This document shows, piece by piece, positions 50,755 to 64,000 of a stretch of 64,000 nucleotides of DNA. Positions within the stretch are counted from its first letter, which is position 1. The number at the start of each line of letters is the position of its first letter. The notes beneath the pieces are model-generated. The model was not told the origin of the DNA. It worked only from the letters and a program-made list of their open reading frames with translations, and did no database searches. Made by a program: the position numbers and the translations under genes. This DNA comes from Octopus vulgaris (taxonomy: Eukaryota), in NCBI GenBank assembly GCA_951406725.2, contig OX597821.1, positions 7,068,001 to 7,132,000 of the forward strand, in the 5' to 3' direction.

Positions 50755-51030
50755 GAGCCGCAATGGCCCAGTGGTTAGGGCATCGGACTTGCGGTCGGAG
50801 GATCGTGGTTTCGATTCCCAGACCGAGCGTTGTGTGTGTTTATTGAGCAAAAACATCTAAAGCTCCACGAGGCTTCAGCAGGGAGTGGTGGCGACCCCTT
50901 TTGTACTCTTTCGCCCCAACTTTCTCTCACTCTCTCTTCCTGTTTCTTGAGTAACGCTGCGATGGACTGTCGTCCCGTCCAGCTGGGAGATACACATACG
51001 CCACAGAAACCGGGAGCAACAGAAATGGTT
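50755..51030 (+). mobile_element. SINE family C
   Basis: Same head as 31538; 3' part shared with the 49860 copy (CCCGTCCAG...GAAACCGGGA). Confidence 0.85.
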
Positions 51031-51101
51031 GAGCGGAAAAAAGGAGAGAGAACGAAAGAAAAACGGAGAGAGAGAAAATGTGTACGGATTAACGACTATC
51101 C

Positions 51102-51170
<69 letters not shown>

Positions 51171-51259
51171 CATACATATATATGCATATACCTATGTACT
51201 CACATACACACACCCATGCGCGCGCACACGCACGCACACGAACGCACACACGCGCACAT

Positions 51260-51840
51260 ATTGGGCTGTGAGATAAATTCGTTCGTTTCATTCCAGTGTT
51301 ATTTGAAGTAACCAAACTTTCTTCGTCGTGTTTTACGGTTTTGTAGTTCTTTCCCTTTTCTACATTTTCTATCTATCATTTTGGACAAATTTGAATAAAT
51401 TTTACTTCTTTTCAGACATGACGACGGAGAGCCAAATAAATAAATAAATAAATAAATAAATAAATGAATAAATAAATAAAATGAGCATTTTCATTACCCG
51501 CTTCTCTTTGCTTTCAGTCAAGGTTCTAAAGTTGCTATAGTGCTTAGTACAGTGGTCCGCCATTAAAGAAGAGGCTGCATAGAAATGGTTTTCATGCTTT
51601 GAAGAGGGGAAATCCGACCTCATAAACTTTCTAGTTCCGACCGACCGGTTCAGTTAAATGAGAGTCGACTGACTGAACTCATGCACGAGGATTCGCGCCA
51701 ATCCGCTAGCGAATTGGCTCAGAAGACGTGATGCTCTTATGGCACTATCGGTCGTCGCCTTCAATCGATTGTTAAGTTCGAAAAACTCGGTGCATTGCTG
51801 CTATACGCTCTGAACGAAAGAGACAAAACCACAGCGAAAG
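51260..51840 (+). pseudogene. Mariner 5' fragment (TIR plus HTH region)
   Basis: TA-TTGGGCTGTGAGATAAATTC terminus similar to 50473; HF..LLFAFSQG, KWFSCFEEGKSDL, RELAQK and KLGALL remnants. Confidence 0.7.
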
Positions 51841-52039
51841 TGTAGCCTGTGTTGTGTCTGTATCAAAAGATAAATCGCCCATCTGACCGAGGCCCAGAGT
51901 ATACAATTTTCATAAAACACACATGTAGAAAACTACTCTCGAAATGCCAGAACCTCATCTATTAGTATATAAGACTTTGTCCCTGACGCTCACTACTTGC
52001 GACTAATTCTAGTCCACATGGTTTAAATAAATTCATGTA

Positions 52040-52345
52040 AGTAACATAAATGAATAAATATCCAAAATGAAGTAATTCGAGAACGGATCGGAGTGAACGA
52101 CGCGATCACAGAATACCAAAGGCATAAGTTCTGCTGGGTCGGACATGTCGCAATGTTTACAGACAACAGGTGAACCCAGACAGATGCAGAGTGATATGAT
52201 GCAAAAGATCGGAAAAGGTCCCTTGGGTGGCCTTCACGATGATGGGAAAATGATTTAATTAAACGATTTGGGACAAGGTGGAAAAGAATAGCGCAACGAA
52301 GAACGAATTGGAAGCACATTTTGACCAGCGGTGTATGACAACAAG
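52040..52345 (+). pseudogene. RTE-clade LINE 3' fragment
   Basis: IQNEVIRERIGV...KFCWVGHVAM...KRSLGWPSR*W: the WxGHVxR and RxxGRPxxxW signature, with stops. Confidence 0.75.
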
Positions 52346-52564
52346 ATCTGATACTCTGGGTGATGCAGTGACATTGGGAAATAGATAAATACATGTTTTA
52401 AGGTGTTAATCTGAAACCTTTAATCTGCACTCAATGATTTGAATTGGATTTCCTCCTACCTGCCTCTGATGAAATACTATTTTAAGTTACCGGAAATAAA
52501 GTAAACCAGGGGACATCTAGAAGTGCTACACCGGCTAGAAGAAACTGCTAGTTGTGAGAGCAAA

Positions 52565-54352
52565 TACAGTAATGGACTTCTTATCCGGCTTCCAGAAATC
52601 CGAGAACACTATGCAATATCATGCAATATACAGTTCCCGGGACTGAGTAAACGGATCCTGTTTTTGAAGTTGGTTAATTTGCAACTGATGTGTTAAAAAT
52701 AATTTGGTTCTTTACTTTTTAATGGATGAATAAAGATGAAATATGCTCTGCTTTAGAATTGTATTTATTTCTACCTCTGTTTGTTAAGTAAAATCATTTT
52801 CTTTAATTCTTACCCTATGAACACAATACTGTATACATGGTATACATGGTGGTGTATGATGTATTTTAAAAGATTTATTTGCATTAATAAATATCCAACA
52901 GACCCAACTTTAGAATTGTAGTAACTTGGATCTGTAAAATACCATTTGGATCTTTACTTTTCATTGTTTATTTTACTCGTATACTGTAACTATGTATTGG
53001 GTCATCCCATAAATAATGCGGTTTCTTCAATTGCATGAACTAAATGTCGGAGTGAGGCGGGATAAACTACGTGCATCAACTTCCTAATAAAAGCAGGTTA
53101 TAATTTTACCTTTATTCTTAGTGCAAGTTTTAAAGAGTGCAGTTCGATTTTAACAGTTATTTTTTCAAAGCTATAATGGAAGTGACAAAGGAACATGTTC
53201 AGCATATTTTGCTTTATGAGTTCAATAAAGGCAACAATGCAACAGAAAGTGTGAGGGAAATTAATGCAGTATATGGAGATTGGACAATAAGCATAAGCTA
53301 GTGTCAATGGTGGTTCCAGAAATTCTGAGCCGGAAACTTCAGCCTAAAAGACGAGTCTCATCCTGGAAAATCTGTAGAGCTTAACGATGACATCCTGCAA
53401 ACCCTGGTGGAACAAAATCCCATCGTAACTGTTGAGAGACAAGCAGAGAAGCTTGGATTTGGTCAATCAACCATTCATTGACACCTACATGCCATCAGAA
53501 AAGTCAGCAAATTGGGTCAATAGGTTCCTCACAAACTTTCTAAATCTAATCATGCACAGAAAGTGAATGTGTGCTCATCTTTGCTGTCACGTCTCACAAA
53601 AGAACCTTTTTCAGACTGAATAGTGACTGGTGACAAGAAATGGGTTCTCTATAAAAATGTCAAACGTCGAAAACAGTGTGTAGGGAAAAGAGAAAGACCG
53701 GCACCCCAGGTCTTCACTCATACAAAGTGTTGTTATCTGTTTGGTGAGAATATGAAAGGTTTAGTCTACTTTGAACTTTTAAACCCAAACCAAACGATTA
53801 CAAAGGTGATTTACTGCGAACAGCTTGACTGCTTCAGTCAGCGCTAAATGAAAAACGACTATCTTTGGTTTCTAGACGAAAGGTGTTCTTCAATCAGGAT
53901 AATGCTCGGTCTCATACAGAGAGGATGACATTCCAAAGGCTGGAGCAGTTTAAATGGGAAACAATGCCCCACCCATCATATTCACCGGACATTGCTCCAT
54001 CTGATTATCATTTATTCCGCTGTCTTCAAAATCATTTGGACTGAAAAGATATGAATTCTGTTGACGAGGTCAGAACAGTAGTAGAGGAGTATTTTTCATC
54101 ACGGAGAAGTGAATTTTGGAACAGGTGCCTTGCAATTCTACCAGATAGATGGAAGAGCATTGTAGAAAATGGAGGAAAGTATATTTTAGATTAAAAAGGA
54201 ACTTTGTTTATCCTAATTTTGAATAATAAAAGAAAAAAAGAACCCCATTATTTATGGGATAACCCAATATTTACACTGGCTCCAAAAAAACGGAAAATCT
54301 GGAAACTCGGGCCCTTCTGGTCTCAACATTGCAGGATAATTGGTTCGGAGTA
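52565..54352. mobile_element. Possible old pogo/Tigger-like MITE hosting the mariner insertion
   Basis: Left end TACAGTAATGGACTTCTTATCCGG...CAGAAATCCG and right end ...CTTCTGGTCTCAACATTGCAGGATAA resemble Tigger/MER2-type termini (from memory); the TIR match is weak. Confidence 0.35.
52997..54267 (+). mobile_element. Full-length mariner element (1.27 kb) with a pseudogenised DD34D transposase
   Basis: TA-TTGGGTCATCCCATAAATAATGCGGTTT ... AACCCCATTATTTATGGGATAACCCAA-TA. The ORF runs from ATG 53176 to about 54194 with *VPHKL, IVTGDKKWV, NQDNA and HPSYSPDIAPSDYHLF, plus several stops and frameshifts. Confidence 0.95.
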
Positions 54353-54782
54353 TATATGAAACCAATCGATATTTCAAGTTCATTTTTCAGGGGTTAACAT
54401 CGCACGGAAAATCGATAAAATATTTTGGATTTTTCTTAGTGGTTTTAGAAGCGATCTTAATAAGAAAATGGTGAACACATTCACTTAAAAACCGACTACA
54501 AATTTTTGTAGAAAATTATAAACATTATAAAAATTATGAAAATTATAAAAATTATAAAATATAAATTTTAAGAAATACTTTTACAAAATATAACTTGAGT
54601 ATCGGGAAGTTCGATCAGAAATACACATACACACACAAACACACAAACACACATACGCACGCACACGCGCGCACACACACACATACACATACACACATAC
54701 ACACATACATACACACACATACGTACAAACATATATATATATATATACATACATAAATAAAAATGTGATATATATATATATG

Positions 54783-54882
<100 letters not shown>

Positions 54883-55611
54883 CACATTAAAAATATGTGC
54901 GGACTTGCACGCTCGCACAGATACACATACACTCACATATACACATACACTCACATACACACACACGGGTACATAATCAGATGCATTAATATATCTTTTC
55001 AGATTGATGTGTATATATTATATGTGTGCGTATATGTGTGTGTGTGTGTGTGTACATGTAAATACATAAGCATACACACATTACATTACAAACATACATA
55101 GACATACATACACACCGACATATATATGCATATATACATGCAATTATCTATACACACATACAAACAAACATACATGCACACACACAACCATCACATCGTT
55201 ACAAGACGTTGGGGTTTAACGATGTCAATCTGGAATATTCGAAACATTAACAAATCTTAGCAATGTTTTTATGCTCTGTTTTACTTTTTTTTTCCTTTCC
55301 TTTCTTTTTTTTTTCTTTCCACCTTCCAACTGCTGCAGGAGCCATAAAACAGCGTTTTCCATCTCACACCGGTGAAGAAGATAACAGAAACAGAAAAAAA
55401 AAAAAAAAACTTCTGACAAACTAAAATGGCAGGTTATCCTTTTATGTTAACCTTAATGGCTCACAAGACTAAAGTAGCAATCTAAGGAATGTCCCGAAGC
55501 GTAAACGACAAATCCACCAGACACCGACAACGTCCTGGCGAAAGTTCCTCGATTATGTATATATGTATGTGTATATGTATGTATATATATGTATATATAT
55601 ATATTTATATT

Positions 55612-55677
<66 letters not shown>

Positions 55678-55692
55678 GTATATATATATATG

Positions 55693-55751
<59 letters not shown>

Positions 55752-55752
55752 G

Positions 55753-55799
<47 letters not shown>

Positions 55800-55958
55800 G
55801 TACATATATATATATATGTATATATATGTGTATATATATATATATGTATATATGTATGTATGTATATATATATATATATGTATGTATGTATGTATGTTGC
55901 ATATATATATGTATGTATATAAATATATATATGTATGTATACATATATATGTATGTGC

Positions 55959-55998
<40 letters not shown>

Positions 55999-57540
55999 GT
56001 GTGTGTGTGTGTATATATGTATATAATTATGTGTGTGTATGTATCGATATATATATGTGTGTATATATATATGTATATATATATATATATATGTGTTTGT
56101 GTGTGTGTGTGTGTGTATGTTAATGTATATATTTTCTGGACACTCATTTACTGGTTGTGTCCTTTTATTGCAATGAAGAGAAACTTCTTCCTAGGAATTC
56201 TGTTACTATTTTGTGTTTGTTTTTGGTTTGCTTCGCTTTGTCTTGTTTTTTGTTTTGTTTTCGTTAGTGAAATAAACTTAATGGATTGGATGGAGTGAAG
56301 TACATCGCATAATTTCTATGCATTTATCTCGGCTATATGTTTTCTCGTTTCATCTGTGAGGTCCTTAATATTCGTAGATAGAAACTGCCATTTCCAAGAT
56401 TCTTAAACATTCACTGATGAAGTCATTTCATTCGAACACAAGTTTAAAACATTTAACAAAAACAAAAACAACAACAACAAGAAATAAAAAGACGAACGAA
56501 CAGGGTGCAGTTGATGTGGGCACAGGATCTGATCGAACTAGCAGCCACACTTTTTTTAACCCTCATCACACCCTCGCACACACGTCCGCGCAACACTCTT
56601 CCGACTTGAAAATGAAAGTAGATTTCGGATAATGAAGTCCTGGATACATCTTGCTTTAAAAAAAGACGGAATTGTAAAAACTGGGATACCTTTGATGAAA
56701 GGTACGTTGACCCAAGTTTGACATTGGGTTAAACAGCAGCAGCAGCAAAAACACTCCAGACTAGCAGAGGATATATATATATATAAGTACGTGTGTGTGT
56801 GTTTGTATCTGTCTCAAGCACATGCGTGTGCGTGTGTGTTTGTATTTGCATTAAGTATATGTTTGCGTGTATGCGTGAGTGTGTGTTTGTATCTGTGTTA
56901 AGTAAGCGCGCGCGCGTATGTGTGTGTGTACATATTTGTTGTTGGCGACGGATGCAGTATTAGCACAAAATAGCCATCTATATATTATACTTAAAGCAGA
57001 TATACTGTGCTCAAAGCCTAAAAACTGCGGTATTCGTCTCGAGAAAGCATTCGTAGAATGTGAAAAACACATAAAAGAAATCGAAAACAGACGAAAATCG
57101 TCAAAAACCAGTAGCAGCAGCTTTTCGATTTTCAGTGGTATACGCACTTTAAATACGATTGCTTGCTATTTTGAATTAAATACTCATTCCGTCGGGGATA
57201 AAGGATCTCTATTCAACCTACAGGCTAATCGTAACATAAGTGGTTTTAAATCACCGTTTTTCAATATCAACAGAGGTTAAATTTGTTTTACCATGCAGTT
57301 GCGACTGACGACACATAACGAAGCAGAAATATGTATTAACCCACGCCACCGCCGCTACTGGACGATTATCGATCGCTGCTGATATATTCCTCTGTTTTTT
57401 AACATTGCTCGTCTATAAGAGATACTTTCTCGAAACAAATACAGCAGTTTTCAAGTTTCCTACCGTATATCTGTATATCTAAGTATAATATATAGAATGG
57501 TAGCATATATATGTATGTATATATGTGTCTGCGTGTGTGT

Positions 57541-57577
<37 letters not shown>

Positions 57578-57579
57578 GG

Positions 57580-58110
57580 ACAACTCTATATAAATCAAGA
57601 AGATTCAGTAAAGACAGCAACATTAAGGGATTACACATTTTCAACACTATGGCATACAACATTCTTCCTTTTCTCTGGATCTTTATTTCAGTCGCTATTA
57701 GGTAAATTTTAAGCTTCAAAACTCTAAAAGACTTCCGCAAGAACAATTATAATTTTCCAAAAACTTTGGCTTCACAATTATCGTTGAAGCTGATCTAAAA
57801 GCTGCATACTCCCTTGTGTTATAATCAACCCACACAACTCCTAATGTGTACCCTACAAAATTGACCCTCGAGAAAATCTTCGATAAATCTTCGAATTATC
57901 TAACCACGCTAATAGTGCTATCGAACCTTTAATTAAAAATACTGCTTTACATTCTGAAATGACCGGTTTTCAGTTATGCTTTCAGCTATTATAATGAAGC
58001 ATTTAGCAGAAGTGACCACAAAGAACAAATGGAATATAGCAGAAATATAAATTTAATACTCTTTAAGCGTAAAAATAGACATAAAATAGGTGGGCCATAG
58101 GCAAAACTGT
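57580..58110 (+). pseudogene. Very decayed Penelope-like RT C-terminal fragment
   Basis: FQKLGFTIIVEADLK (across a frameshift), PYK, SSNY and YNEAFSRSD remnants resemble PLE RT thumb and linker motifs. Confidence 0.4.
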
Positions 58111-58441
58111 TAATGTCGTATACATTACATCGTGATATTTGTTCTGATGCTCTGCGATCTGCGTTCGATTCTTTTTTTGGGCTCAGATGACATCCTTCGA
58201 AAGTTGATAAAGAAGGTACCGGCCCTACGCTTGCATAGCCATCTCTTCCTGCGATTGTCACAACCTGGATTGACCGGTTGGTCACATGACTATATGGTGG
58301 CTATATGGCTACCTAAAAAGAAGTCACGAAAGCATGGTATAGGCCACCAACTAATACTTGATTCCGATTATTAACAGCAGCAGTAGCGGTAGCACCAGCA
58401 GCAACAGCGGCAGCAGCAGCAAAAGCAACAGCAGCAGCAGC

Positions 58442-58493
<52 letters not shown>

Positions 58494-58839
58494 AACAATA
58501 TGTGGTATAATCCATCGTTCCGTTTAGAAGTATGAACATTTGAAGCTAAACTTTTGTTCAGATTTCTCTTGAAACATTTTTTTTTACCAAAGTCATAAAT
58601 ACCATAAGTTACCTATAAACTGAGCACTTCAAGAAAACTGTAAAATCAAGGAATTAGTTTTCTACTCAACGGTCAACACAAATTCGACTTCAACTATATA
58701 TATATAGGATTCACGATCAATTCATTCAAAGCAATATTTTACTAGCAAACATACTCGTTTAGAAACAACAACAAACAAAAATAGACTCGTTGGTATCGCA
58801 ATACACATACATACATACATACATACATACATACATACA

Positions 58840-58873
<34 letters not shown>

Positions 58874-58908
58874 CATACATACATACTGACACACACACAC
58901 GCACACTC

Positions 58909-58939
<31 letters not shown>

Positions 58940-59419
58940 TGTATGTATGTGTGTACGAATATATGATATATTGTAGTATATCTCATATACAAATACATAC
59001 ATATATTTATAGACACACACTGATAGATGTTGTTGTTGTTGTTGTTGTTGAGTTCAAATTCCGCCGAGGTCGACTCTGCCTTTCATCCTCTCGAGATCGA
59101 TAAAAGAAGTACCAATCGAGCACAGAGATCGATTTAATCAGCTAAGCATCTCTCCTTGAAGTCGTTGGCCTTGTACCAAAATTTGAAACCATTATTTTCG
59201 TTGTTGTTGTTGTTACTCGACCCGAAGAGAGCTTTGAAGACGTTACGAATGTTTGTGCCTAAGGTTATCGATCTTCAGTCATGGAGGTGAATATTCACTC
59301 ATTCATATTACACTTCGGAGATCCAATGATATTTGTACCCAGCATTCACCCTACAGTCACATTGTTGATATTAGTCGTTTGGTAGTATCTTCATCAATGA
59401 TGTTTCATGCGATGGATAT

Positions 59420-59850
59420 GAAGATTCTGTGTAGTCTACGTAGTCACAGCGATCTGCTAGAAATAACAGCTGAATCTCCGTCTTAAGTAAAGTACGATAA
59501 ATTAGAGAATATAGTTCCTGGTTTATTGGGTGACCATAACTGGAACACCGCTGATTATAGATCTGCTCCAGTAGGGGCCGACTCGTAGCCAAACAACAGC
59601 AACGGCAATATCATTATATAGAATAACCAAACCAACGAAGAAGACTTTACGGGGTTACTCGACCAGCTAGAAATAACAGCCCCAAATCGCTCGGATCATA
59701 TGTCTACCATTTTAAATACAGAATACATTAGACAACGCAGCCCTTGGTATGCAGTAAGATGGAATAGACAGAGCTGGAATGCCTTTGATCAAATATCTGT
59801 TCTATGAGAACTGTCCTAAGGCTAGGTGACAACAGCAACAACAAAATCAA
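59420..59850 (+). mobile_element. Two tandem copies of a short repeat with a (CAA)n-like tail (SINE-like family D)
   Basis: Shared GCTAGAAATAACAGC and CTGGAA..C..TGAT...AT.TG.TC blocks. The same core occurs at about 825-845, 30340-30360 and 34868-34886. Confidence 0.55.
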
Positions 59851-59998
59851 CAGCAGTTGCCATAACGACGTATATACACTTAAATGCGTGCAAACATACA
59901 TACATATACACATACATACATACATGCATACATACATGCATGCAAGCAAGCATACAAGCAAGCATACAAGCATATATGCACATTTACATAAATGCATA

Positions 59999-60032
<34 letters not shown>

Positions 60033-60099
60033 CATATATATACATATATATATATACATATATATATATATACATATATATACATATATATATATATAC

Positions 60100-60142
<43 letters not shown>

Positions 60143-60163
60143 TATACATATATATATATATAC

Positions 60164-60364
<201 letters not shown>

Positions 60365-61076
60365 CATATATATATGCATGCATTTATACATGTGTGTGTG
60401 TGTTAGTTCATGAAGTCATTTCCCCCTTTTATTCAACGGGTCTGTGTGACATCATGCATCATTCATTCAATAATGATTGATCTGTTTGATCCGATCTCAG
60501 ATCTCTTCCGCCATATTGCTTTTGACATAAAGTCCATCAATAATGCTGTTGTGAATATTTCCAATAAACCAGTCAACATGTTTCTTGTTTTGTTGCTTGC
60601 TATATATTCTTATGCTTATCTGCATTATATATTTATTGCATATGTTCTCCATGACATATCACTCTGAGTCACCCGTAGTATTTTATATTCATCATTTTCG
60701 CTACATTTACTATATTACATATTATATAGGACGTGTCTCAGTATTTGTAGTTTATTTATTGGCCGAAAGGACAATTATTAATAATGAGGTTTATGTCTGG
60801 TCAGCGTTATAATAATCCTTCACAGAATTCTATCCTGATGTCGAGTTGACTTTTGGCTACATTAATGTTTTGTTGGCATCAATTCCCACCTACTTCAACA
60901 ATCCCTGTTGAAATCACCCGAGCGCATATAGTACATACATACATATGTATATACGTGTATATATATATATATATGTGTGTGTATGTGTGTGTGTGTGCGC
61001 GCGCGCGTATATGTGTGTGTGTATGTATATGTATATATGTAAGTATATATATGTATATATATATATGTGTGAATGA

Positions 61077-61127
<51 letters not shown>

Positions 61128-61209
61128 CATATATATACATATATATGCGTATATATATGAAAAAGCATGTATGCAAGTGTGTATGCATATATATATATGC
61201 ATGTATATA

Positions 61210-61267
<58 letters not shown>

Positions 61268-61616
61268 CATTTCAATGCATAAATAAATATGCTTGAGTAT
61301 TTAGTGTCAAAACATTATTACGGTAATTGACTGGGTCTCTTTATATTCTGGGTTTAAATGCCAGCAAAGTGATCTTCGTATTTTTATTGCCATCCTCAAT
61401 TAGGCTTTCGAGCCTATCCTCATCTTTGGTTCTTGAGTGTCAGGTAATGACCGAAAGCATACGATCGCGAGTACAAGCGGTCGAAACGGGGTTCCTCCCA
61501 AGGATCTATGGATTAGAGTTACTTGATAGGGTGCGCAGCTCAAAGATCAGGGAGTCTTTCCAGGTTGAGTCGCTACTTTTCCGTATTGAGGGGTGAATGC
61601 TCCGGTAATACGGATA

Positions 61617-61847
61617 AGGCGGCGAGCTCGCAGAAACGTTAGCACGCCGGGCGAAATGCTTAGCGGTATTTCGTCTGCGTTACGTTGTGAGTTCAAATTC
61701 CGCCGAGGTCGACTTTGCCTTTCATCCTTTCGGGGTCGATAAATTAAGTACCACTTACGCACTGGGGTCGATGTAATCGACTTAATACCTATGTCTGTCC
61801 TTGTTTGTCCCCTCTGTGTTTAGCCCCTTGTGGGTAGTAAAGAAATA
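61617..61847 (+). mobile_element. Full-length SINE A with TSD
   Basis: Flanked by GGTAATACGGATA (61604-61616) and GGTAATACGAACA (61848-61860). Confidence 0.95.
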
Positions 61848-62055
61848 GGTAATACGAACATGTGATTAGAATGTCGCAGAAAAGAACTGAAGGATAGATT
61901 CTTCAAGTTGAGCCAACCTGCAGGAGACCTAAAGATAGACCAAGAACCAGTTAGTCGCGTTTAGGAATTCACCTGTAAAGTATAACAACGGTTGCTTCTG
62001 ATAGAATCCTTTGGAGGAATCTATCAGAAGCAACCGTTGTTGCTCTGGAGGATAA

Positions 62056-62470
62056 AGGCGGCGAGCTGGCAGAAACTTTGGCACGCCGGGCGAAATGCTT
62101 AGCGGTGTTTCGTCTGCCGCTACGTTCTGAGTTCAAATTCCGCTGAGGTCAACTTTGCTTTTCATCCTTTCGGAGTCAATAAATTAAGTACTAGTTACGC
62201 ACTGGGGTCGATGTAATCGACTTAATCCCTTTGTCTATCCTTGTTTGCTCCCTCTGTGTTTAGACCCTTGTGGGTAGTAAAAAAATAGGTATTTTGTCTG
62301 CCGTTACGTTCTGAGTTCAAATTCCGCCGAGATCATCTTTGCCTTTCATCCTTTCGGAGTCAATAAATTAAGTACCAGTTACGCACTGGGGTCGATCCAA
62401 TCGACTTAATCCCTTTGTCTGTCCTTGTTTGTCCCCTCTATGTTTAGCCCCTGGTGGGCAATAAAGAAAA
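62056..62470 (+). mobile_element. Dimeric SINE A
   Basis: A complete copy to about 62287, then a second body starting at GGTATTTTGTCTGCCGTTACG; AGAATCCTTTG is duplicated at 62003-62013 and 62472-62482. Confidence 0.9.
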
Positions 62471-63516
62471 AAGAATCCTTTGCAGGAGGTGACTAAGGAC
62501 TCTACTCCCACCCGAGCCTCCCATGAATAGTGGGTAGAAAAGATGGGTGGAAGGATGGATACAAGCGTAATTACTTAAATTGGGAGGAAAATATCCTGGC
62601 GTTTCGGATAAAAAACTTTTCTCAAGAAAGAGAAAAGTTAGCGGGGTTCTTTTTATCCTACTGTTGTTGATAAAATGACTACCAGTTAAGTACTGGAGTC
62701 GATTTAATCAACTGTTTCTTCCCCTCAAATACACTACCTTGCACCTATGCTAAAATGCATTGTTGTAGAGAATTTTAGAATTTTTGGTCAGATTTACTAT
62801 TATATTTAGAGGAAGCTATTATATTTCAGGAAGAAATTTTTGCTGATCAATTTTGGTGATCAATAACGGTTTTAACTGAGATGGACAAAAGACATATTTT
62901 CAGTGAAATAAAACTTCCTGGTACACGACAAACTCTGACCTGCAGATTCACTGTCTCCTCACTCCAACTATCCTGCTTTCATTACGACGATCTCCGCTTT
63001 TCTGAACTCACCCAATATAGTCCCATCTCAGACAAATGTCACCTTCTCCTAAGAACATCGCTTATAGAAACTTTCGCTCATTCTACATCCCACACAAACC
63101 ATAATTCCCGAACCATCCGCCCAAACATGTCAATCATTCGGGATTCTTTTCTGTCACCATTCTTGTTGTCCCTTACAGACAACCATTAACAGTTTCTTAT
63201 ACTGAATATCAACCATCTCAATGTACCAGCCTGGAACTATTTTGAGCATTATCCCCCACATCGTCACTAGAACATAATAGAAAAACACGTGATTAAAGCA
63301 GAAATAATACATTTCTAAAATCTCTCAGAGAGATTTATGCAGTAGTGGTACGATAAAGTAGTTGTCTACTGTCAACTTAATGTGACAGTCCCATAAAGGG
63401 AATAATACTACTGATATTTAGCCCTAGGAAGCAGCACCGCTTCCTGTCGGCTTTGACACATTTCTTGTGTCCTTTGCAAGGGGGAGATAAGCACCTCCAC
63501 CCATCTAAGCCTGCAA

Positions 63517-63557
63517 CCAGAGACTAGTTTCTGAGTCTTTGCTCGTCATCAGTCTGG
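63517..63557 (-). ncRNA. Minimal type I hammerhead ribozyme motif
   Basis: Reverse strand CCAGA-CTGATGA-C GAG CAAAGA CTC A-GAAA-CTAG-TC-TCTGG: 5-bp helix I, canonical core, palindromic helix III ACTAGT, GUC site. Confidence 0.7.
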
Positions 63558-64000
63558 AGTAGCATGGCCTGCTACTTGATTAAAGATAATCTCGAAATCA
63601 GTGCCAAATGGGGACTTGGTGAGGCCCTAAGTAATATAAAGTTTGGAGATTCCTTCTTCAAAAGAAATTGCATCAGATCTCATATAAATTAAAATCATAT
63701 ATGAATTTTAGCTATTTTGAGGCCATTGTGGATTGTAGGGCCTTAAACTGCAGCCTATTTTGCCTATTCTTAAACCCATCACTGATTGTAGCTTCGCTTT
63801 CATCAGATCCTTCGTTTATCTTTTAAATTTATCTTCTACTTGTCTCAGTCATTGGACTGCGGCTATGTTGTCTATTGTAAATTGTGCCTGGTAAAAAAAG
63901 GTGGAGTGTCACGAGTGCCACAATCTTTTTAAATCTCATATTTTCTCTGTACTAGCTGACAGCGTATAAATAACAATAATAACAGCAACAAAGGCGGCGA

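Larger units (their letters stand above)
61380..62540 (+). pseudogene. RTE-clade LINE 3' relic interrupted by two SINE A insertions
   Basis: RSRVQAVETGFLPRIYG..LLDRVRSSKIRESFQVE, then after the first SINE HVIRMSQ...RRPKDRPRT. Confidence 0.75.

Noticed and set aside
52460-52560. CTGATGA...GAAACTGCTAGTT possible hammerhead
   Set aside because: No convincing helix I or helix II pairing.
62881-63189. 102-aa ORF starting with ATG
   Set aside because: No recognisable domain; the C/A-rich composition suggests an old LINE relic, but I cannot support a call.

Overview
AT-rich eukaryotic DNA, dense in microsatellites, with no host protein-coding gene I can support. Most of the ORF track is translated (TA)n, (CA)n and (TACA)n. 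The SINE repertoire looks like that of an octopus (coleoid cephalopod) genome; this is recognised from memory, not from a database search. The window is intergenic or intronic and packed with decayed mobile elements: at least four tRNA-derived or SINE-like families (more than 35 copies or fragments), four R4/Dong-type LINE relics, RTE and L1/Tx1-type LINE 3' ends, Penelope-like (PLE) fragments, several mariner copies (one with both TIRs and a TA duplication), a hAT fragment and a non-autonomous Helitron. The most interesting signal is a set of unrelated, (TA)n-associated, non-coding fold-back elements carrying type I hammerhead ribozyme motifs. The best is at 45.3-46.2 kb, with a canonical core, an unusually long helix II and an inverted-plus-partial-tandem layout, as expected for a PLE-mobilised retrozyme-like element. 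A second notable signal is a SINE 3' tail shared (27/30 nt) with an L1/Tx1-type LINE end, with a common insertion-site motif. Coordinates of decayed elements are approximate.
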